Assembly (NCBI GenBank): GCA_963802945.1
Contig: CAWDKY010000034.1
Span: 1 to 64,000 of the forward strand
Reading direction: 5' to 3'
DNA length: 64,000 nt
From: an uncultured delta proteobacterium
Lineage (GTDB): Bacteria; Desulfobacterota; RBG-13-43-22
The first letter of the stretch is position 1, and each line of letters begins with the position of its first letter. The notes below the pieces were generated by a model that did not search any database, was not told where the DNA came from, and saw only the letters and a program-made list of their open reading frames with translations. A program made the translations under genes and the position numbers. Positions 40,250-52,212 of the stretch are shown here, piece after piece.

Positions 40250-41569
40250 ATGCCCTTAGGCCTTATCCTCTATAATATACTTTCCGGGATTCTTTTTTTA
40301 ATCGTGTTTCCTTTCTTGATCTTGTATACTCTGGCCCAAGGAAAGTTCAGCAATAATTTGGCCGAGAGGTTAGGGCGATATCCTCGCCATCTCCGGCCGG
40401 ATGAACCCTTGCCTGGTGCCGGGCCGGTCTGGATTCATGCTGTTTCAGTGGGTGAGATCAAGGCCGCCATTGCCCTGTGCCGGAGGATCAAAGAGCAACT
40501 CCCCGAGGTTCCCATCCTTGTTTCAACGACAACGCCGGCAGGAAGGGAAACAGCCGAAAGGCTCTTGGGGAAGGAAATACCCGTTATTTATTTTCCTCTG
40601 GATTTTTACCTTTGTGTAAAAAGGGCAATGAACTTCTTTCACCCAAGGGCCTTTGTGGCCTTGGAAACCGAATTGTGGCCCAACTTTCTTTTTCGGGCCA
40701 ATAAATCAGGAAGTAAATTGATCCTGGCCAACGGACGGATCTCCAGCCGCTCTTTTAAGAGGTACGCAAGATTTCCCCGGTCCATGCGGCATTTTCTTGA
40801 AAAATTCAGGGTATTGATGGTCAGGGATCCTGAAGATGCCAGGTATTTGATCTCGCTGGGGGCTGTGCCTGAGCGGGTCCGGGTTTTGGGAAACATTAAA
40901 TACGATGGTCTGGTGGATCAGGCTAAAGAGGACTTGCATTTAAAAATGCAGCAAAGGCTTCATCTCCCGGAAGCAAAACCCGTTATCGTAGCCGGAAGTA
41001 CCCGCGGAGGAGAGGAAGCGGTTCTCATTAAGGTCTATCTCAGTTTAAAAGCTTCTTTCCCGGACCTGGTTTTAGTTCTGGTCCCTCGCCATATCGATCG
41101 ATGTGCGGAGATAGAAACCTTGTTACAACGGCAGGGGATTTCTTTTCAGTTGTATAGCCGGATCCTTTCATTGGAGGAGCAGAGGGAAAGTAACGTTATC
41201 CTCATAGATCGCGTCGGAGATCTTTTTGGCCTTTACAGCCTGGCAACCATTGTGTTTTGCGGGGCCAGTCTGATCCCAAAGGGAGGCCAGAATATTTTAG
41301 AGCCGGCTGCCTGGGGGAAACTGGTTTTCTATGGACCTTACATGGAAGATTTCAAAGATGCCCGTCGGCTTTTGGAAGATGCCGGGGCCGGGATTATGGT
41401 TCGCGGTCAGATTGACTTAGCAAAACAAATGGCCTATTTTTTAGAACACCCGGAAGAACGGGAAAGACGGGGGAATGCCGGCCGTGAAGCCTTAAAATCG
41501 CAGACAGGACTGACGAAAAAAGCGGCCGAGATCATTGCTGAAATAATTCAATCGAAGGTTCAAGGTTAG
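40250..41569 (+). CDS. waaA: Kdo transferase
   Basis: WIHAVSVGE, ETELWPN, NGRIS, VPRH, GGQNILEPA. Confidence 0.95.
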   Translation: MPLGLILYNILSGILFLIVFPFLILYTLAQGKFSNNLAERLGRYPRHLRPDEPLPGAGPVWIHAVSVGEIKAAIALCRRIKEQLPEVPILVSTTTPAGRETAERLLGKEIPVIYFPLDFYLCVKRAMNFFHPRAFVALETELWPNFLFRANKSGSKLILANGRISSRSFKRYARFPRSMRHFLEKFRVLMVRDPEDARYLISLGAVPERVRVLGNIKYDGLVDQAKEDLHLKMQQRLHLPEAKPVIVAGSTRGGEEAVLIKVYLSLKASFPDLVLVLVPRHIDRCAEIETLLQRQGISFQLYSRILSLEEQRESNVILIDRVGDLFGLYSLATIVFCGASLIPKGGQNILEPAAWGKLVFYGPYMEDFKDARRLLEDAGAGIMVRGQIDLAKQMAYFLEHPEERERRGNAGREALKSQTGLTKKAAEIIAEIIQSKVQG

Positions 41570-41586
41570 ATGTTCATGATTCAAGG

Positions 41587-41723
41587 TTGATGAAACCGTA
41601 AAAAGTCGTCACCCCGGTGAAAACCGGGGTCCAGGAAAATTGTAACTAATTGAGAATTCTGGATTCCGGCTTTCGCCGGAATGACTCTAAGGGGTATTTC
41701 CTAACTTTTTACGAATCTATCAA
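41587..41723. mobile_element. MITE with REP-like core
   Basis: IR TTGATGAAACCGTAAAAAGT / ACTTTTTACGAATCTATCAA around ACCCCGG..CCGGGGT and TTCCGGC..GCCGGAA hairpins. Confidence 0.75.
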
Positions 41724-41755
41724 AGTTAGACACCTAATCAAGATAAGAAAAAGAG

Positions 41756-42895
41756 ATGAAAGCGTTATTGGCATTAGAAGACGGGAGCGTGTTTCCGGCC
41801 CGGTCCTTTACCGGCCCTGGGGAGGCCGAAGGGGAATGTGTTTTCAATACGGCCATGACCGGATATCAGGAAGTATTGACCGACCCTTCATACAAAGGGC
41901 AGTTGGTGGCCATGACCTACCCCTTGATCGGAAACTATGGGGTCAACGACCAGGACGTGGAATCGGATAGGATCCAGGTTGAGGCCTTTCTGGTCAAAGA
42001 ATATCTACCCTTCCCGAGTAACTTTCGATCGCAATCCCCTTTAGGTGTGTATCTGAAAAAAAGCAAGGTCCTGGGCCTGGAAGGGATCGACACCCGGGCA
42101 CTAACCCGTCACCTCCGAAACTTCGGGGCCATGCGGGTAGCTGCCTCTACGGAACAATTAAAAGCAGAGGCCCTGATAGAAAAAGCCCGCTCCATCCCGA
42201 CCATGCTCGGACTTGGATTGGTGGATCAAGTCACAACCGATTGGCCTTTTCTCTGGTCGAAGGAGAAAAAGATTCCCGTTGGCAAGGCTCAAAAGAAAAA
42301 CCCCTGGAAGGTGAACGGGTCTTCCTATAAAGTGGCGGTTTTGGATTGCGGGGTCAAGTTCAATATCCTGCGCAGTCTGGAGCGACGGGGTTGTCAAGTT
42401 CTGGTAGTCCCTGCTCAGACTCCGGCCCAGGAAATCCTGGCCGTCAAGCCAGATGGGGTTTTGATCACCAACGGCCCCGGGGACCCGGCGGCCAATCCGG
42501 GGATCGTTCAAACTGTTCAAAATCTTTTGGACCTACTGCCTATCTTCGGGATCTGCCTGGGCCATCAGATCCTGGGGCTGGCCTTGGGCGGGACCACTTT
42601 TAAACTCAAGTTCGGACACCGGGGGGCCAATCAGCCGGTCAAGTATTTGAAGACCGGCCGGGTGGAAATCACTTCTCAAAATCACGGCTTCTCCGTTGAT
42701 ATTCATTCCATAAAAGATCCGGATGTGGAACTGACCCATATCAATTTAAACGATCAGACCCTGGAAGGATTGGAACACAAACGATTACCCATTTTTTCCG
42801 TTCAGTATCATCCCGAGGCCTCGCCCGGTCCCCATGACGCCTCATATTTATTCGATCATTTTCTTGCACTCATGGAGAAACATCGGAGAAAATAA
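41756..42895 (+). CDS. carA: Carbamoyl-phosphate synthase small subunit
   Basis: FNTAMTGYQE, NGPGDP, GICLGHQ, QYHPEA. Confidence 0.97.
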   Translation: MKALLALEDGSVFPARSFTGPGEAEGECVFNTAMTGYQEVLTDPSYKGQLVAMTYPLIGNYGVNDQDVESDRIQVEAFLVKEYLPFPSNFRSQSPLGVYLKKSKVLGLEGIDTRALTRHLRNFGAMRVAASTEQLKAEALIEKARSIPTMLGLGLVDQVTTDWPFLWSKEKKIPVGKAQKKNPWKVNGSSYKVAVLDCGVKFNILRSLERRGCQVLVVPAQTPAQEILAVKPDGVLITNGPGDPAANPGIVQTVQNLLDLLPIFGICLGHQILGLALGGTTFKLKFGHRGANQPVKYLKTGRVEITSQNHGFSVDIHSIKDPDVELTHINLNDQTLEGLEHKRLPIFSVQYHPEASPGPHDASYLFDHFLALMEKHRRK

Positions 42896-42898
42896 TTC

Positions 42899-45800
42899 AT
42901 GCCCAAGAGAACCGACATTCAAAAAATCCTGATTATCGGCTCCGGCCCGATTATCATCAGCCAGGCCTGTGAATTTGATTATTCGGGCACCCAGGCCTGC
43001 AAGGCCTTGCGGGAAGAGGGATTTGAAATCGTCCTGGTCAACAGCAACCCGGCCACCATCATGACCGATCCGGAGATGGCCCATCGGACCTATATCGAAC
43101 CCGTCACCCCGGAGATTGTGGCCAAGATCATCGAGCGGGAACGACCGCAGGCCCTGCTCCCCACTTTGGGCGGGCAGACCGGTCTTAACACCGCTGTGGC
43201 TGTGGCCGAGAAGGGTGTTTTGGATGCCTTCAGCGTTGAAATGATCGGCGCCTCTCTACCGGTGATTAAAAAGGCCGAGGACCGGGATGAGTTTAGACAG
43301 GCCATGTGGAAGATCGGGTTGCGGGTTCCGGAAAGCGTCATCGTCACCAGCTTGGAAGAGGCCCGCACCCAGGCAGAAAAAATCGGCTATCCGATTATCA
43401 TCCGCCCCAGTTTTACCTTGGGAGGCACCGGCGGCGGAGTGGCTTATAACCGGGAGGAGTTCGAACTCCTGGTGACCTCCGGATTGGAAGCCAGCATGAT
43501 TCATCAGATCATGCTGGAGGAATCCGTCCTGGGCTGGAAAGAATACGAACTCGAGGTCATGCGGGATTTCAAAGACAATGTCGTCATTATCTGTTCCATT
43601 GAAAACTTTGATCCCATGGGGGTCCATACCGGCGATTCCATTACCGTAGCCCCGGCCCAGACCTTGACTGATAAAGAATATCAAATGATGCGGGATGCTT
43701 CTTTGGCTATCATCCGCGAGATCGGGGTGGAGACCGGCGGATCGAATATCCAATTTGCTGTGCACCCCGGAACGGGTGAGATGGTGGTCATTGAAATGAA
43801 TCCCCGGGTCTCCCGCTCCTCGGCCCTGGCCTCCAAGGCCACGGGATTCCCTATTGCCAAGATTGCCGCCAAGCTGGCCGTGGGTTATACCCTGGATGAG
43901 ATCCCCAATGACATCACCAAGGAGACCATGGCCTCTTTTGAGCCGACCATCGATTACTGTGTGGTCAAGATTCCCCGCTGGACCTTTGAAAAATTCCCCG
44001 GCTCGGAAGATTATCTGACTACTTCCATGAAATCCGTGGGCGAAGCCATGGCCATTGGCCGGACCTTTAAGGAAGCCCTGCAAAAAGGGATCCGTTCCCT
44101 GGAGATCGGAAGGTTCGGGTTCGGAGCCGACGGGAAAGATCTTTTTCAAATTCCTCTGGATGAAATCCAGAAAAAATTACGCCAGCCCAATTCCCAGCGG
44201 ATTTTTTATCTGAAGGCCGCTCTGGAAGCAGGCATGACCATCGAAGAGATCAATGCCCTGACCTGGATCGATCCCTGGTTTCTCCATAACTTGTCTCAGA
44301 TCCTGGGCATGGAGAAAACCTTGGCCGGTCAAACCTGGGAAACTCTGTCGCCGGAACTCCTTAAGCAGGCCAAGGAATACGGCTTCTCCGATGTCCAGAT
44401 CGGGCATCTGCTTCAAGTTTCTCCGTCGGAAATTTTTAAAAAAAGGCAGGCGCTCAAGATGCTTCCAGTCTATAAATTAGTCGATACCTGCGCCGCCGAA
44501 TTCGAGGCCTATACCCCTTATTATTATTCGACCTATGATTTGGAAGATGAATCCCGGGCTTCGGAAAAAGAACGAATCATGATCCTCGGCGGCGGGCCCA
44601 ACCGGATCGGTCAGGGGATTGAATTCGACTATTGCTGTGTCCATGCCTCTCTGACGGCCAAGGAAGAGGGCTATGCCAGCATCATGGTCAACAGCAATCC
44701 GGAGACGGTCAGTACGGACTATGATATTTCCGACAAACTATATTTTGAACCCCTGACCCATGAAGATGTCGTTCATATTATCGACCGGGAAAAACCAAAA
44801 GGGGTCATTGTCCAGTTTGGGGGGCAAACCCCACTAAATCTCGCTGTGGGACTTCAGGCGGTCCAGGCCCCGATTATCGGCACTTCCCCCGATAGTATCG
44901 ACCGGGCCGAAGATCGGGAACGATTTAAAGAATTATTGAAAAAGTTGGGATTGATCCAGCCGGAAAACGGGACGGCCTTTACCTTCCAAGAGGCCTTGGC
45001 GGTAGCCGAATCGATCGGATTCCCCGTTGTGGTCCGTCCTTCTTATGTCCTGGGCGGCCGGGCCATGGAGATCGTTTATGAGCCGGCGGCCCTGGAAACC
45101 TTTATGGCCAAAGCGGTTCTGGTCTCACCGGGGCATCCCATCCTGATTGACAAATTCCTCGAAGAGGCCGTTGAAATTGATGTGGATGCGGTTTCCGACG
45201 GGCGGAAGACTTTGATTTGCGGAATTATGGAGCACATTGAAGAAGCGGGGATCCATTCTGGGGACAGCGCCTGCGTCCTTCCCTCTTATACCCTAAAGGC
45301 GGATCAGATTGACCGAATCAAGTCCAATACCTATGCCTTGGCCCTGGAATTGGGTGTTCAGGGTCTCATGAATATTCAGTATGCGATCAAAGACGATATC
45401 CTTTATGTCCTGGAGGTCAATCCCCGGGCCTCCCGAACGATCCCTTTTGTCAGCAAAGCCACGGGAATTCCTTGGGCCAAGGTGGCCACCCGGGTCATGC
45501 TGGGCCAAGATCTGGAATCTCAGGGGTTGCAGGGAGAAATCGTTCCCAGACATATTTCAATCAAAGAGGCAGTCTTCCCTTTTTTACGTTTTCCCGGAGT
45601 GGATACCCTCTTAGGCCCGGAGATGAAATCCACCGGAGAGGTCATGGGCATCGATCAAAGCTTCGGCCTGGCCTTCGCCAAATCGCAGTTGGCCGCCGGC
45701 ATGGATCTGCCCCTGTCAGGCACGGTCTTCATCAGCGTCAAGGATCAGGATAAAAAAATAATATTATCTACGGGTCAGAAATTGTCTCATTTGGGCTTCA

Positions 45801-46123
45801 AGATCATAGCCACTTCAGGGACCTCACGTTTTTTGGAACAGGCCGGGCTTCCCAATCAACAGGTCAATAAAGTCCGGGAAGGAAGACCTCATGTGGTGGA
45901 CCTTATGAAAAACGGGGAAATCCAATTAGTCATTAACACGACCATTGGTTCCAAAAGTGTTTCAGAATCCTGTTCCATCCGGCAGACCGCCCTGATCCAT
46001 CGGATCCCTTATACTACCACGGTCGCCGGGGCCAGGGCCACGGCCGAGGCTATTGAGGCCCTGGAGCAGAAAAAACTTTCCGTAAGGACCATACAGGAGT
46101 ATCATAGGAATCTGAAAAAGTAG
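42899..46123 (+). CDS. carB: Carbamoyl-phosphate synthase large subunit
   Basis: [29 protein letters not shown], duplicated ATP-grasp, MGS domain. Confidence 0.98.
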   Translation: MPKRTDIQKILIIGSGPIIISQACEFDYSGTQACKALREEGFEIVLVNSNPATIMTDPEMAHRTYIEPVTPEIVAKIIERERPQALLPTLGGQTGLNTAVAVAEKGVLDAFSVEMIGASLPVIKKAEDRDEFRQAMWKIGLRVPESVIVTSLEEARTQAEKIGYPIIIRPSFTLGGTGGGVAYNREEFELLVTSGLEASMIHQIMLEESVLGWKEYELEVMRDFKDNVVIICSIENFDPMGVHTGDSITVAPAQTLTDKEYQMMRDASLAIIREIGVETGGSNIQFAVHPGTGEMVVIEMNPRVSRSSALASKATGFPIAKIAAKLAVGYTLDEIPNDITKETMASFEPTIDYCVVKIPRWTFEKFPGSEDYLTTSMKSVGEAMAIGRTFKEALQKGIRSLEIGRFGFGADGKDLFQIPLDEIQKKLRQPNSQRIFYLKAALEAGMTIEEINALTWIDPWFLHNLSQILGMEKTLAGQTWETLSPELLKQAKEYGFSDVQIGHLLQVSPSEIFKKRQALKMLPVYKLVDTCAAEFEAYTPYYYSTYDLEDESRASEKERIMILGGGPNRIGQGIEFDYCCVHASLTAKEEGYASIMVNSNPETVSTDYDISDKLYFEPLTHEDVVHIIDREKPKGVIVQFGGQTPLNLAVGLQAVQAPIIGTSPDSIDRAEDRERFKELLKKLGLIQPENGTAFTFQEALAVAESIGFPVVVRPSYVLGGRAMEIVYEPAALETFMAKAVLVSPGHPILIDKFLEEAVEIDVDAVSDGRKTLICGIMEHIEEAGIHSGDSACVLPSYTLKADQIDRIKSNTYALALELGVQGLMNIQYAIKDDILYVLEVNPRASRTIPFVSKATGIPWAKVATRVMLGQDLESQGLQGEIVPRHISIKEAVFPFLRFPGVDTLLGPEMKSTGEVMGIDQSFGLAFAKSQLAAGMDLPLSGTVFISVKDQDKKIILSTGQKLSHLGFKIIATSGTSRFLEQAGLPNQQVNKVREGRPHVVDLMKNGEIQLVINTTIGSKSVSESCSIRQTALIHRIPYTTTVAGARATAEAIEALEQKKLSVRTIQEYHRNLKK

Positions 46124-46194
46124 CTGATAGCTTAAAGCTCAAAGCTGAAAGGTTTTTCTTTAGAAGAAAAAATAAAATTAGGTAATATAGTATT

Positions 46195-47602
46195 ATGAAT
46201 AATTTCTACGAAGACCGGGCATTAAAAGAAGAATGTGGTATCTTCGGGATTTTCGGACACCCGGAGGCCTCTAAACTGACCTATTTCGGTTTGTATGCCT
46301 TGCAGCACCGGGGGGAAGAAAGCGCCGGGATTGTCATTTCCGACGGCACCCAGGTCCGGGAACAAAAAGGAATGGGCCTGGTAGGTGATGTTTTTAAAGA
46401 ACAAAACTTGTCCTCCCTTTCGGGAAACTCGGCCATCGGGCACGTCCGCTATTCCACTACAGGTTCCTCGATTTTGAAAAATGCCCAACCCTTTCTGGTC
46501 TCTCACGGCGCAATGGCCCTGGCCATTGCCCACAACGGAAATCTGACCAATGCCCATGAACTGCGCCAGGGTTTGGAGAAGAAAGGGGCTATCTTCCAGT
46601 CCACTATGGACAGTGAGATATTTCTTCATCTGATCGCCCATGGCCTGGAACAGGGTTTTGAGCTGGCTTTGATTCAGGCCTTGTCTCAGGTTCAGGGGGC
46701 TTATTCCATGCTCTTTTTAACCCGGGATCAATTGATCGGCGCCCGGGATCCTCAAGGATTTCGTCCTCTCTGCCTGGGGAAATTAAACGGGGCTTATGTG
46801 CTGGCTTCCGAGAGCTGCGCCCTGGATTTAGTCGAGGCCCAATATGTGCGGGATATCGAACCCGGAGAAATTGTTTTTATCGACCAGAGCGGCCTTCGCT
46901 CCATCAAACCTTTTCCCAAGGTCCAGAGCGCCTTTTGCATCTTTGAGTTTATCTATTTTGCCCGGCCCGACAGTTATATCTTCGGGAAGAATGTTTATCA
47001 GGTTCGAAAGCAATTAGGACGAATTCTGGCCAAGGAATATCAAGCCCCAGGCCGATCTGGTCATGCCCTTTCCGGATTCCGGGAACTATGCCGCCCTGGG
47101 GTTTGCCGAGGCCTCCAAGATTCCATTTGAAATGGGAGTGATCCGCAATCATTATGTGGGTCGGACTTTTATTCAGCCCTCGCAAAGCATGAGGGATTTC
47201 GGAGTCCGGGTCAAACTCAATCCGGTCCGCTCGGTCCTGAAAGGGAAACGGGTGATCATTATCGAAGATTCGATTATCCGGGGGACAACCAGCCGTAACC
47301 GGGTTCAGGCCGTTCGTTCGGCCGGGGCCAGGGAAGTTCATATGCTGGTCAGTTGTCCTCCGCACCGACATCCTTGTTTTTACGGTATTGATTTTTCCAC
47401 CAAAGGGGAGTTGATCGCCTGCCAAAATTCGGTGGAGGAAATCAGGAAGTTTGTGGGACTGGATGGTTTGGGGTATCTCAGTATCGAGGGATTGGTGGAG
47501 GCGACCGGTCTGCCTGAATCCAATTTTTGCCTGGCTTGTTTTAACGGCAACTACCCGGTCCAGCCGGATACAACCTTCGATAAACTTTGTTTGGAAAGGT
47601 GA
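46195..47602 (+). CDS. purF: Amidophosphoribosyltransferase (frameshift near 47050)
   Basis: [29 protein letters not shown]; then [23 protein letters not shown]. Confidence 0.95.
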
Positions 47603-47614
47603 AGTTAAAAGACT

Positions 47615-48597
47615 ATGATTTTGGATGATGCCAAAGAAGTCTTGGAATTGGAGGCCCAGGGGATACTCAATCTCATTCCCAAATTGGGCCCCGAATTTGA
47701 AAAGGCCGTTGAGGCCATCTATCAACTCAAAGGACGGGTGATCCTGACCGGAATCGGCAAATCAGGGTATCGTAGCCCGGAAGATAGTAGGCCACCTTAA
47801 ACGGTACCGGCACTCCATCCCTGTTTTTACACCCGGCGGAAGCCATGCACGGAGACCTGGGTACGGTCACCTCCAAGGATATTGTCCTGGCCATTTCCAA
47901 CAGCGGAGAAACCGGGGAGCTGACCCTTCTTCTGCCCAGTATCAAACAAATCGGGGCCAGGGTGATTTCCTTTGTAGGAAACCCTGAATCCTCTTTGGCT
48001 AAACAAAGTGATCTGGCCATCGATGTCGGAGTGGAAAAGGAGGCCTGCCCCCTGGGATTGGCCCCGACGACCAGTACCACTGCGGCCCTGGCCATGGGAG
48101 ACGCCCTGGCCGTGGCCCTGATTAAGCGGCGTCAATTTAATCATCAGGACTTTAAGCGGTTCCATCCCGGTGGAAACCTTGGAGAGCGACTGTCCGTCAA
48201 GGTCTCTGAGGTCATGCTCACCGGGGAGCAGGTGCCGATAGTGTCACCCAAACAAACCTTGTTTGAAGCCATTCAGGAAATGGATGTCAAAGACCTGGGG
48301 GCCACCCTGGTGGTGGAAGAGCATGACCGGAAATTAGTGGGTATTTTGACCGATGGAGATTTGAGAAGACTTTTTAAACGCAAGTCGTCCCTTGAACAGA
48401 CCCTGACCGAACAGGTCATGACCCTTGATCCGAAGTCCATTTCGCCCAAAGTCCGGGCCTCCGAGGCTTTGGAGATGATGGAACAGTATCTGATCACCGT
48501 CCTGCCGATTGTTGACTCGCATAAGCGGGTGTTGGGTATTTTACATCTTCATGACTTACTCGGCAAAGGGGAGTTTAAATTTAATATGCGGGAGTGA
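47615..48597 (+). CDS. kdsD: Arabinose-5-phosphate isomerase KdsD/KpsF (frameshift near 47770)
   Basis: TGIGKSG, HGDLG, SNSGET, APTTST, FHPGG, CBS pair. Confidence 0.92.
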
Positions 48598-49956
48598 ATG
48601 TTGGAATATTTAGATCAGCTGACCGATGAAGATATTATCGTTGAGAACCTGGGGCAGCCGAAGATCCACACGCCGGTTCAATGTTTTGCTCCTCAAAAAC
48701 AAGAGGCCGGAAGACCCCAGTGTAAAAATTTCATCTCCGATGATGATCGGGTGGTGACCGATAGTTCCAAAAATTGTTTTCTGGATTGTCTAAAAAAAGG
48801 GACGCCCCCTCTTTCTTTTGAAAAGGCCGGGCCGCGGGAGAAGATTTTTTTCGATCCCCAAAAGACCAAATGCGCCATCGTCACGGCCGGAGGCATTTGT
48901 CCGGGGCTGAATAATGTCATCCGTTCCATAGTCCTTGAATTGAACTATATTTACAGGGTTCATAATATTATCGGTATCCCCTATGGGTATCAGGGTTTTA
49001 TCCCTCAATACGGCCATCCGGTCATTGAACTGACTTCGGAGGTGGTTTCCAATATTCATGAATTGGGAGGGACGATCCTGGCTTCCTCCCGAGGCCAATA
49101 TAAGATCGAAGAAATCGTGGATAGCCTGCAGCAATTGAATATCAATATCCTCTTTTCCATCGGAGGTGACGGCACCTTGCGGGGTGCGCAACTGATTTCC
49201 CAGGAAATCAAAAAACGGGGGATGATCACCTCGGTCATCGGCATCCCCAAGACCATCGACAATGACATTTCTTGGGTGGAAAAATCCTTTGGCTTTGACA
49301 CGGCTGTGGAAGATGCCGCCAGGGTGATTCGAAGCGCTCATGTGGAATCCGTTGGGGCCCCCAATGGGATCGGTATGGTCAAGCTGATGGGACGTTATTC
49401 CGGTTTTATTGCCGCCTATGCCGCCCTGGATTCAAGAGAAGTTAATTTTGTACTTATTCCGGAATCGGATTTTGATTTGGAAGGACCTGGAGGGTTGTTG
49501 GCCTCTTTGGAAAAACGATTGAAAGAGAGAAAACATGCCGTCATTGTGGTCGCCGAGGGGGCGGGGCAAAGATATCTGACCGATCTTCCCCAAACGAAAG
49601 ATGCCTCAGGAAACATCAAATTAAAAGATATTGGAACCTATTTGGCGGAACGTATCAACCGGCACTTTGCCAGGATCCCTATGGAGATCAACCTTAAATA
49701 TATCGATCCCAGTTATATCATCCGCAGCCAGCCGGCTAACTCCAATGATCGGATATTCTGCGGCTTCCTGGGTCAGCATGCCGTGCACGCCGGAATGGCC
49801 GGAAAAACCAATATGATGATCAGCCTCTGGAATAACGAGTATGTCCATGTCCCCATCCGGGCTGCGGTGGGCAAGCGAAAGCAGGTGGAACTGGAAGGGA
49901 ATATGTGGATGAGTGTCTTGGAATCCACCGGCCAGGCGTCACTGAAGAACAACTAA
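48598..49956 (+). CDS. pfkA: ATP-dependent 6-phosphofructokinase (group II / clade X type)
   Basis: GGICPG, GGDGT, PKTIDND, MGR. Confidence 0.9.
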   Translation: MLEYLDQLTDEDIIVENLGQPKIHTPVQCFAPQKQEAGRPQCKNFISDDDRVVTDSSKNCFLDCLKKGTPPLSFEKAGPREKIFFDPQKTKCAIVTAGGICPGLNNVIRSIVLELNYIYRVHNIIGIPYGYQGFIPQYGHPVIELTSEVVSNIHELGGTILASSRGQYKIEEIVDSLQQLNINILFSIGGDGTLRGAQLISQEIKKRGMITSVIGIPKTIDNDISWVEKSFGFDTAVEDAARVIRSAHVESVGAPNGIGMVKLMGRYSGFIAAYAALDSREVNFVLIPESDFDLEGPGGLLASLEKRLKERKHAVIVVAEGAGQRYLTDLPQTKDASGNIKLKDIGTYLAERINRHFARIPMEINLKYIDPSYIIRSQPANSNDRIFCGFLGQHAVHAGMAGKTNMMISLWNNEYVHVPIRAAVGKRKQVELEGNMWMSVLESTGQASLKNN

Positions 49957-50108
49957 AGGTTTAAGGTACAAGGTTCAAGGTTCGAGGGAATCTTAGATTT
50001 TTTCAGCCCCTTCCAAGTTGCCATAGCTACAATCAATGATGCCCTTTTCCGGTCTATAAAAGCCAGAGGCCTTAGACCATGAACCTTTCACCTTAAACCG
50101 TGAACCTT
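49956..50108. repeat. Paired heptamer repeat arms
   Basis: AAGGTTT AAGGTAC AAGGTTC AAGGTTC versus CCTTAGA CCATGAA CCTTTCA CCTTAAA CCGTGAA CCTT. Confidence 0.7.
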
Positions 50109-50125
50109 TTTTACCGGAGTTTATT

Positions 50126-50620
50126 ATGCCTGAAAGGGAAAGAGATTATCGAAACAGGGAAATATCCTGGCGGGAGATCGATCAACGCAGAGACCAGAGC
50201 AGCCATGTGTCCCGTGAGCCGAGACTTGTCGGGAAGAAAAAGGATCAGGCCGAATGGATTCGCAAAATGGCCCTTAAGGAGGCCAATAAGCATTTCCAGG
50301 GCAAGCAAGGGACCCCGGCCCATGAAAAAGCCGTCGGCATCCTACAAGAAAATTTTGGGACCCGGAAGTTTCAGACCTTGGCCAAACAATATCTGAATGA
50401 ATACGACCTGCCGAAACATTGGGGGACCCAGTTTCTTTTTCTGGATTATGACGACCCTGAAATGGTTATCGATTTGATCAACCGGATGGCCAGTGTTTAT
50501 TCGGAGCGGTCCTTACGGGAGCAGCAGGCCTTTATTAGCAAGCTCCGTACCCTTAAGACCATGGCCGAGGATGGAGAAGTGCGGGATCTGGCGGCCGAGG
50601 TCTTGGCTTCCCTGTCCTGA
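50126..50620 (+). CDS. Hypothetical protein (charged, helical)
   Basis: 164-aa ORF with RBS; no recognised motif. Confidence 0.7.
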   Translation: MPERERDYRNREISWREIDQRRDQSSHVSREPRLVGKKKDQAEWIRKMALKEANKHFQGKQGTPAHEKAVGILQENFGTRKFQTLAKQYLNEYDLPKHWGTQFLFLDYDDPEMVIDLINRMASVYSERSLREQQAFISKLRTLKTMAEDGEVRDLAAEVLASLS

Positions 50621-50639
50621 TCCTTAGCCGGTACCTCTT

Positions 50640-51293
50640 TCAATCCCTCTTTCCGAGCATTCTGAACTTACTGCCGATGTATGCTTTGAACTCTTCTTCA
50701 TTCATTTTTGAGTGACTTCCAGCAGATGATGAGTTGATTTTATGATAAGCAGAACCTTTGGAAAATATGACAAAAGAACCTGAAAAGTATCGGATGGCGA
50801 TTCTTGCTCTGCTGGACAAAGGTATTTCCCTGCCGGTTTCATCATATTCATAAGAGCCTAAATCCCAATATTTTCGGTCAGCATAATCTCCGGGAGAGAT
50901 TTCAGTTAGCTCCTCCTTGATCCCCGTCAAATTCGGATACCAACCGCTGGGGTCAAGGTTTTTCGTTTCCAGTCGAAAATAAGCCCATTCACACGACTTG
51001 TTGAAAGATTGAAAGACTAAAATCCGAGGTTTTACAATACAAACCGGATGGTCAACAAAATGAAGATCGAGGCAATCCGGTTCAGAGGACTCTTCCCCCC
51101 TCTTTAAATTAAGGCAGCCTCCATCGGGCAGATAGGTCTGATTCATGTCCGGATTTCGGCCTACGAAATAAAGGATTTTTATGATATCTTTCTTTTCCGT
51201 CCAGGAGCGGCTTTCCGGAATTGGACCGTTGAATATCGTTTTTAAAAGCTCTTCCCATTCTTTAAAAGTATTTTCTCTAAATTCATCACCCAT
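50640..51293 (-). CDS. Hypothetical protein resembling the C-terminal domain of a bacterial Ser/Thr kinase family
   Basis: 217-aa ORF with WAYFRLE, ISPGDY and GSFVIFSK; resemblance recalled, not searched. Confidence 0.6.
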   Translation of the reverse strand: MGDEFRENTFKEWEELLKTIFNGPIPESRSWTEKKDIIKILYFVGRNPDMNQTYLPDGGCLNLKRGEESSEPDCLDLHFVDHPVCIVKPRILVFQSFNKSCEWAYFRLETKNLDPSGWYPNLTGIKEELTEISPGDYADRKYWDLGSYEYDETGREIPLSSRARIAIRYFSGSFVIFSKGSAYHKINSSSAGSHSKMNEEEFKAYIGSKFRMLGKRD

Positions 51294-51516
51294 ATGTTTT
51301 CATCCTTATCTTCGGGCATTCCTTTCACTATTGGTAACTCTTTAGGATTGAAGGCAAATTATATTTTCTGAAAAAAAATGTCAAATACAGATATTGAGTT
51401 TGTTGAAGTCGACAAAGACATATACGAAATTAAATAAATTTAAATAGTGCAGATTCATTTCCCCTTTTCCCCAATTTATGTTATTGAAAACCAAATCATA
51501 TTGAAAGGAACGGGCC

Positions 51517-52167
51517 ATGTTTATCGGTCATTTTGCCTTGGGTTTTGCAGCCAAGAAAGTTGCCCCCAAAGCGTCATTGGGAACTCTTTTTCTGGCCACG
51601 CAGTTTAGTGATCTGCTCTGGCCTCTGTTGCTTTTGCTGGGTTGGGAAAGGGTAGCGATCGAGCCCGGCAATACCGTGGTTACCCCGCTGAATTTTACCT
51701 ATTATCCTATCTCACACGGATTTCTGTCGGTGCTCTTCTGGGGGGTGGTGATTGGCGGGGTCTATTTTGTCATAAAAAAAGATAGAAAAACAGCTTGGTG
51801 GCTTGGACTGTTGGTGTTCGGTCACTGGATCCTGGATTTAATTTCCCATCGCCCGGATCTGCCCTTATTGCCCGGCGTGGATATCAAAGTGGGATTTAGT
51901 TTGTGGAATTCCCTGATTGGAACCATCCTGGTGGAAGGGGGTTTATTTGTCTTTGGGGTTTATTATTATATTAAGTCAACCAAAGCCAAAAATAAAATTG
52001 GCCTATGGGCCTTGTGGGGATTAGTGGCCTTTTTAGTGATTACCTACATCGGCAATCTTTTCGGCCCCCCACCACCGTCAGTAAAACCGATTGCCTATCT
52101 CGGGTTATTTCAATGGCTACTGGTCATCTGGGCCTACTGGATCGATCACAACCGCAAGGTTAATTAA
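51517..52167 (+). CDS. Membrane-bound metal-dependent hydrolase (YdjM-like)
   Basis: MFIGHF, SDLLWP, ISHG, HWILDLISH; multiple TM segments. Confidence 0.8.
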   Translation: MFIGHFALGFAAKKVAPKASLGTLFLATQFSDLLWPLLLLLGWERVAIEPGNTVVTPLNFTYYPISHGFLSVLFWGVVIGGVYFVIKKDRKTAWWLGLLVFGHWILDLISHRPDLPLLPGVDIKVGFSLWNSLIGTILVEGGLFVFGVYYYIKSTKAKNKIGLWALWGLVAFLVITYIGNLFGPPPPSVKPIAYLGLFQWLLVIWAYWIDHNRKVN

Positions 52168-52212
52168 TTTAGGTCTTCTCCAAAAAAAAGACCGAACAGG
52201 AGGGGTTAAACC

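Noticed and set aside
43256-44149. Long antisense ORFs (also 12183-12854, 46949-47725, 57563-58558)
   Set aside because: Shadow frames of well-supported genes on the opposite strand, without motifs
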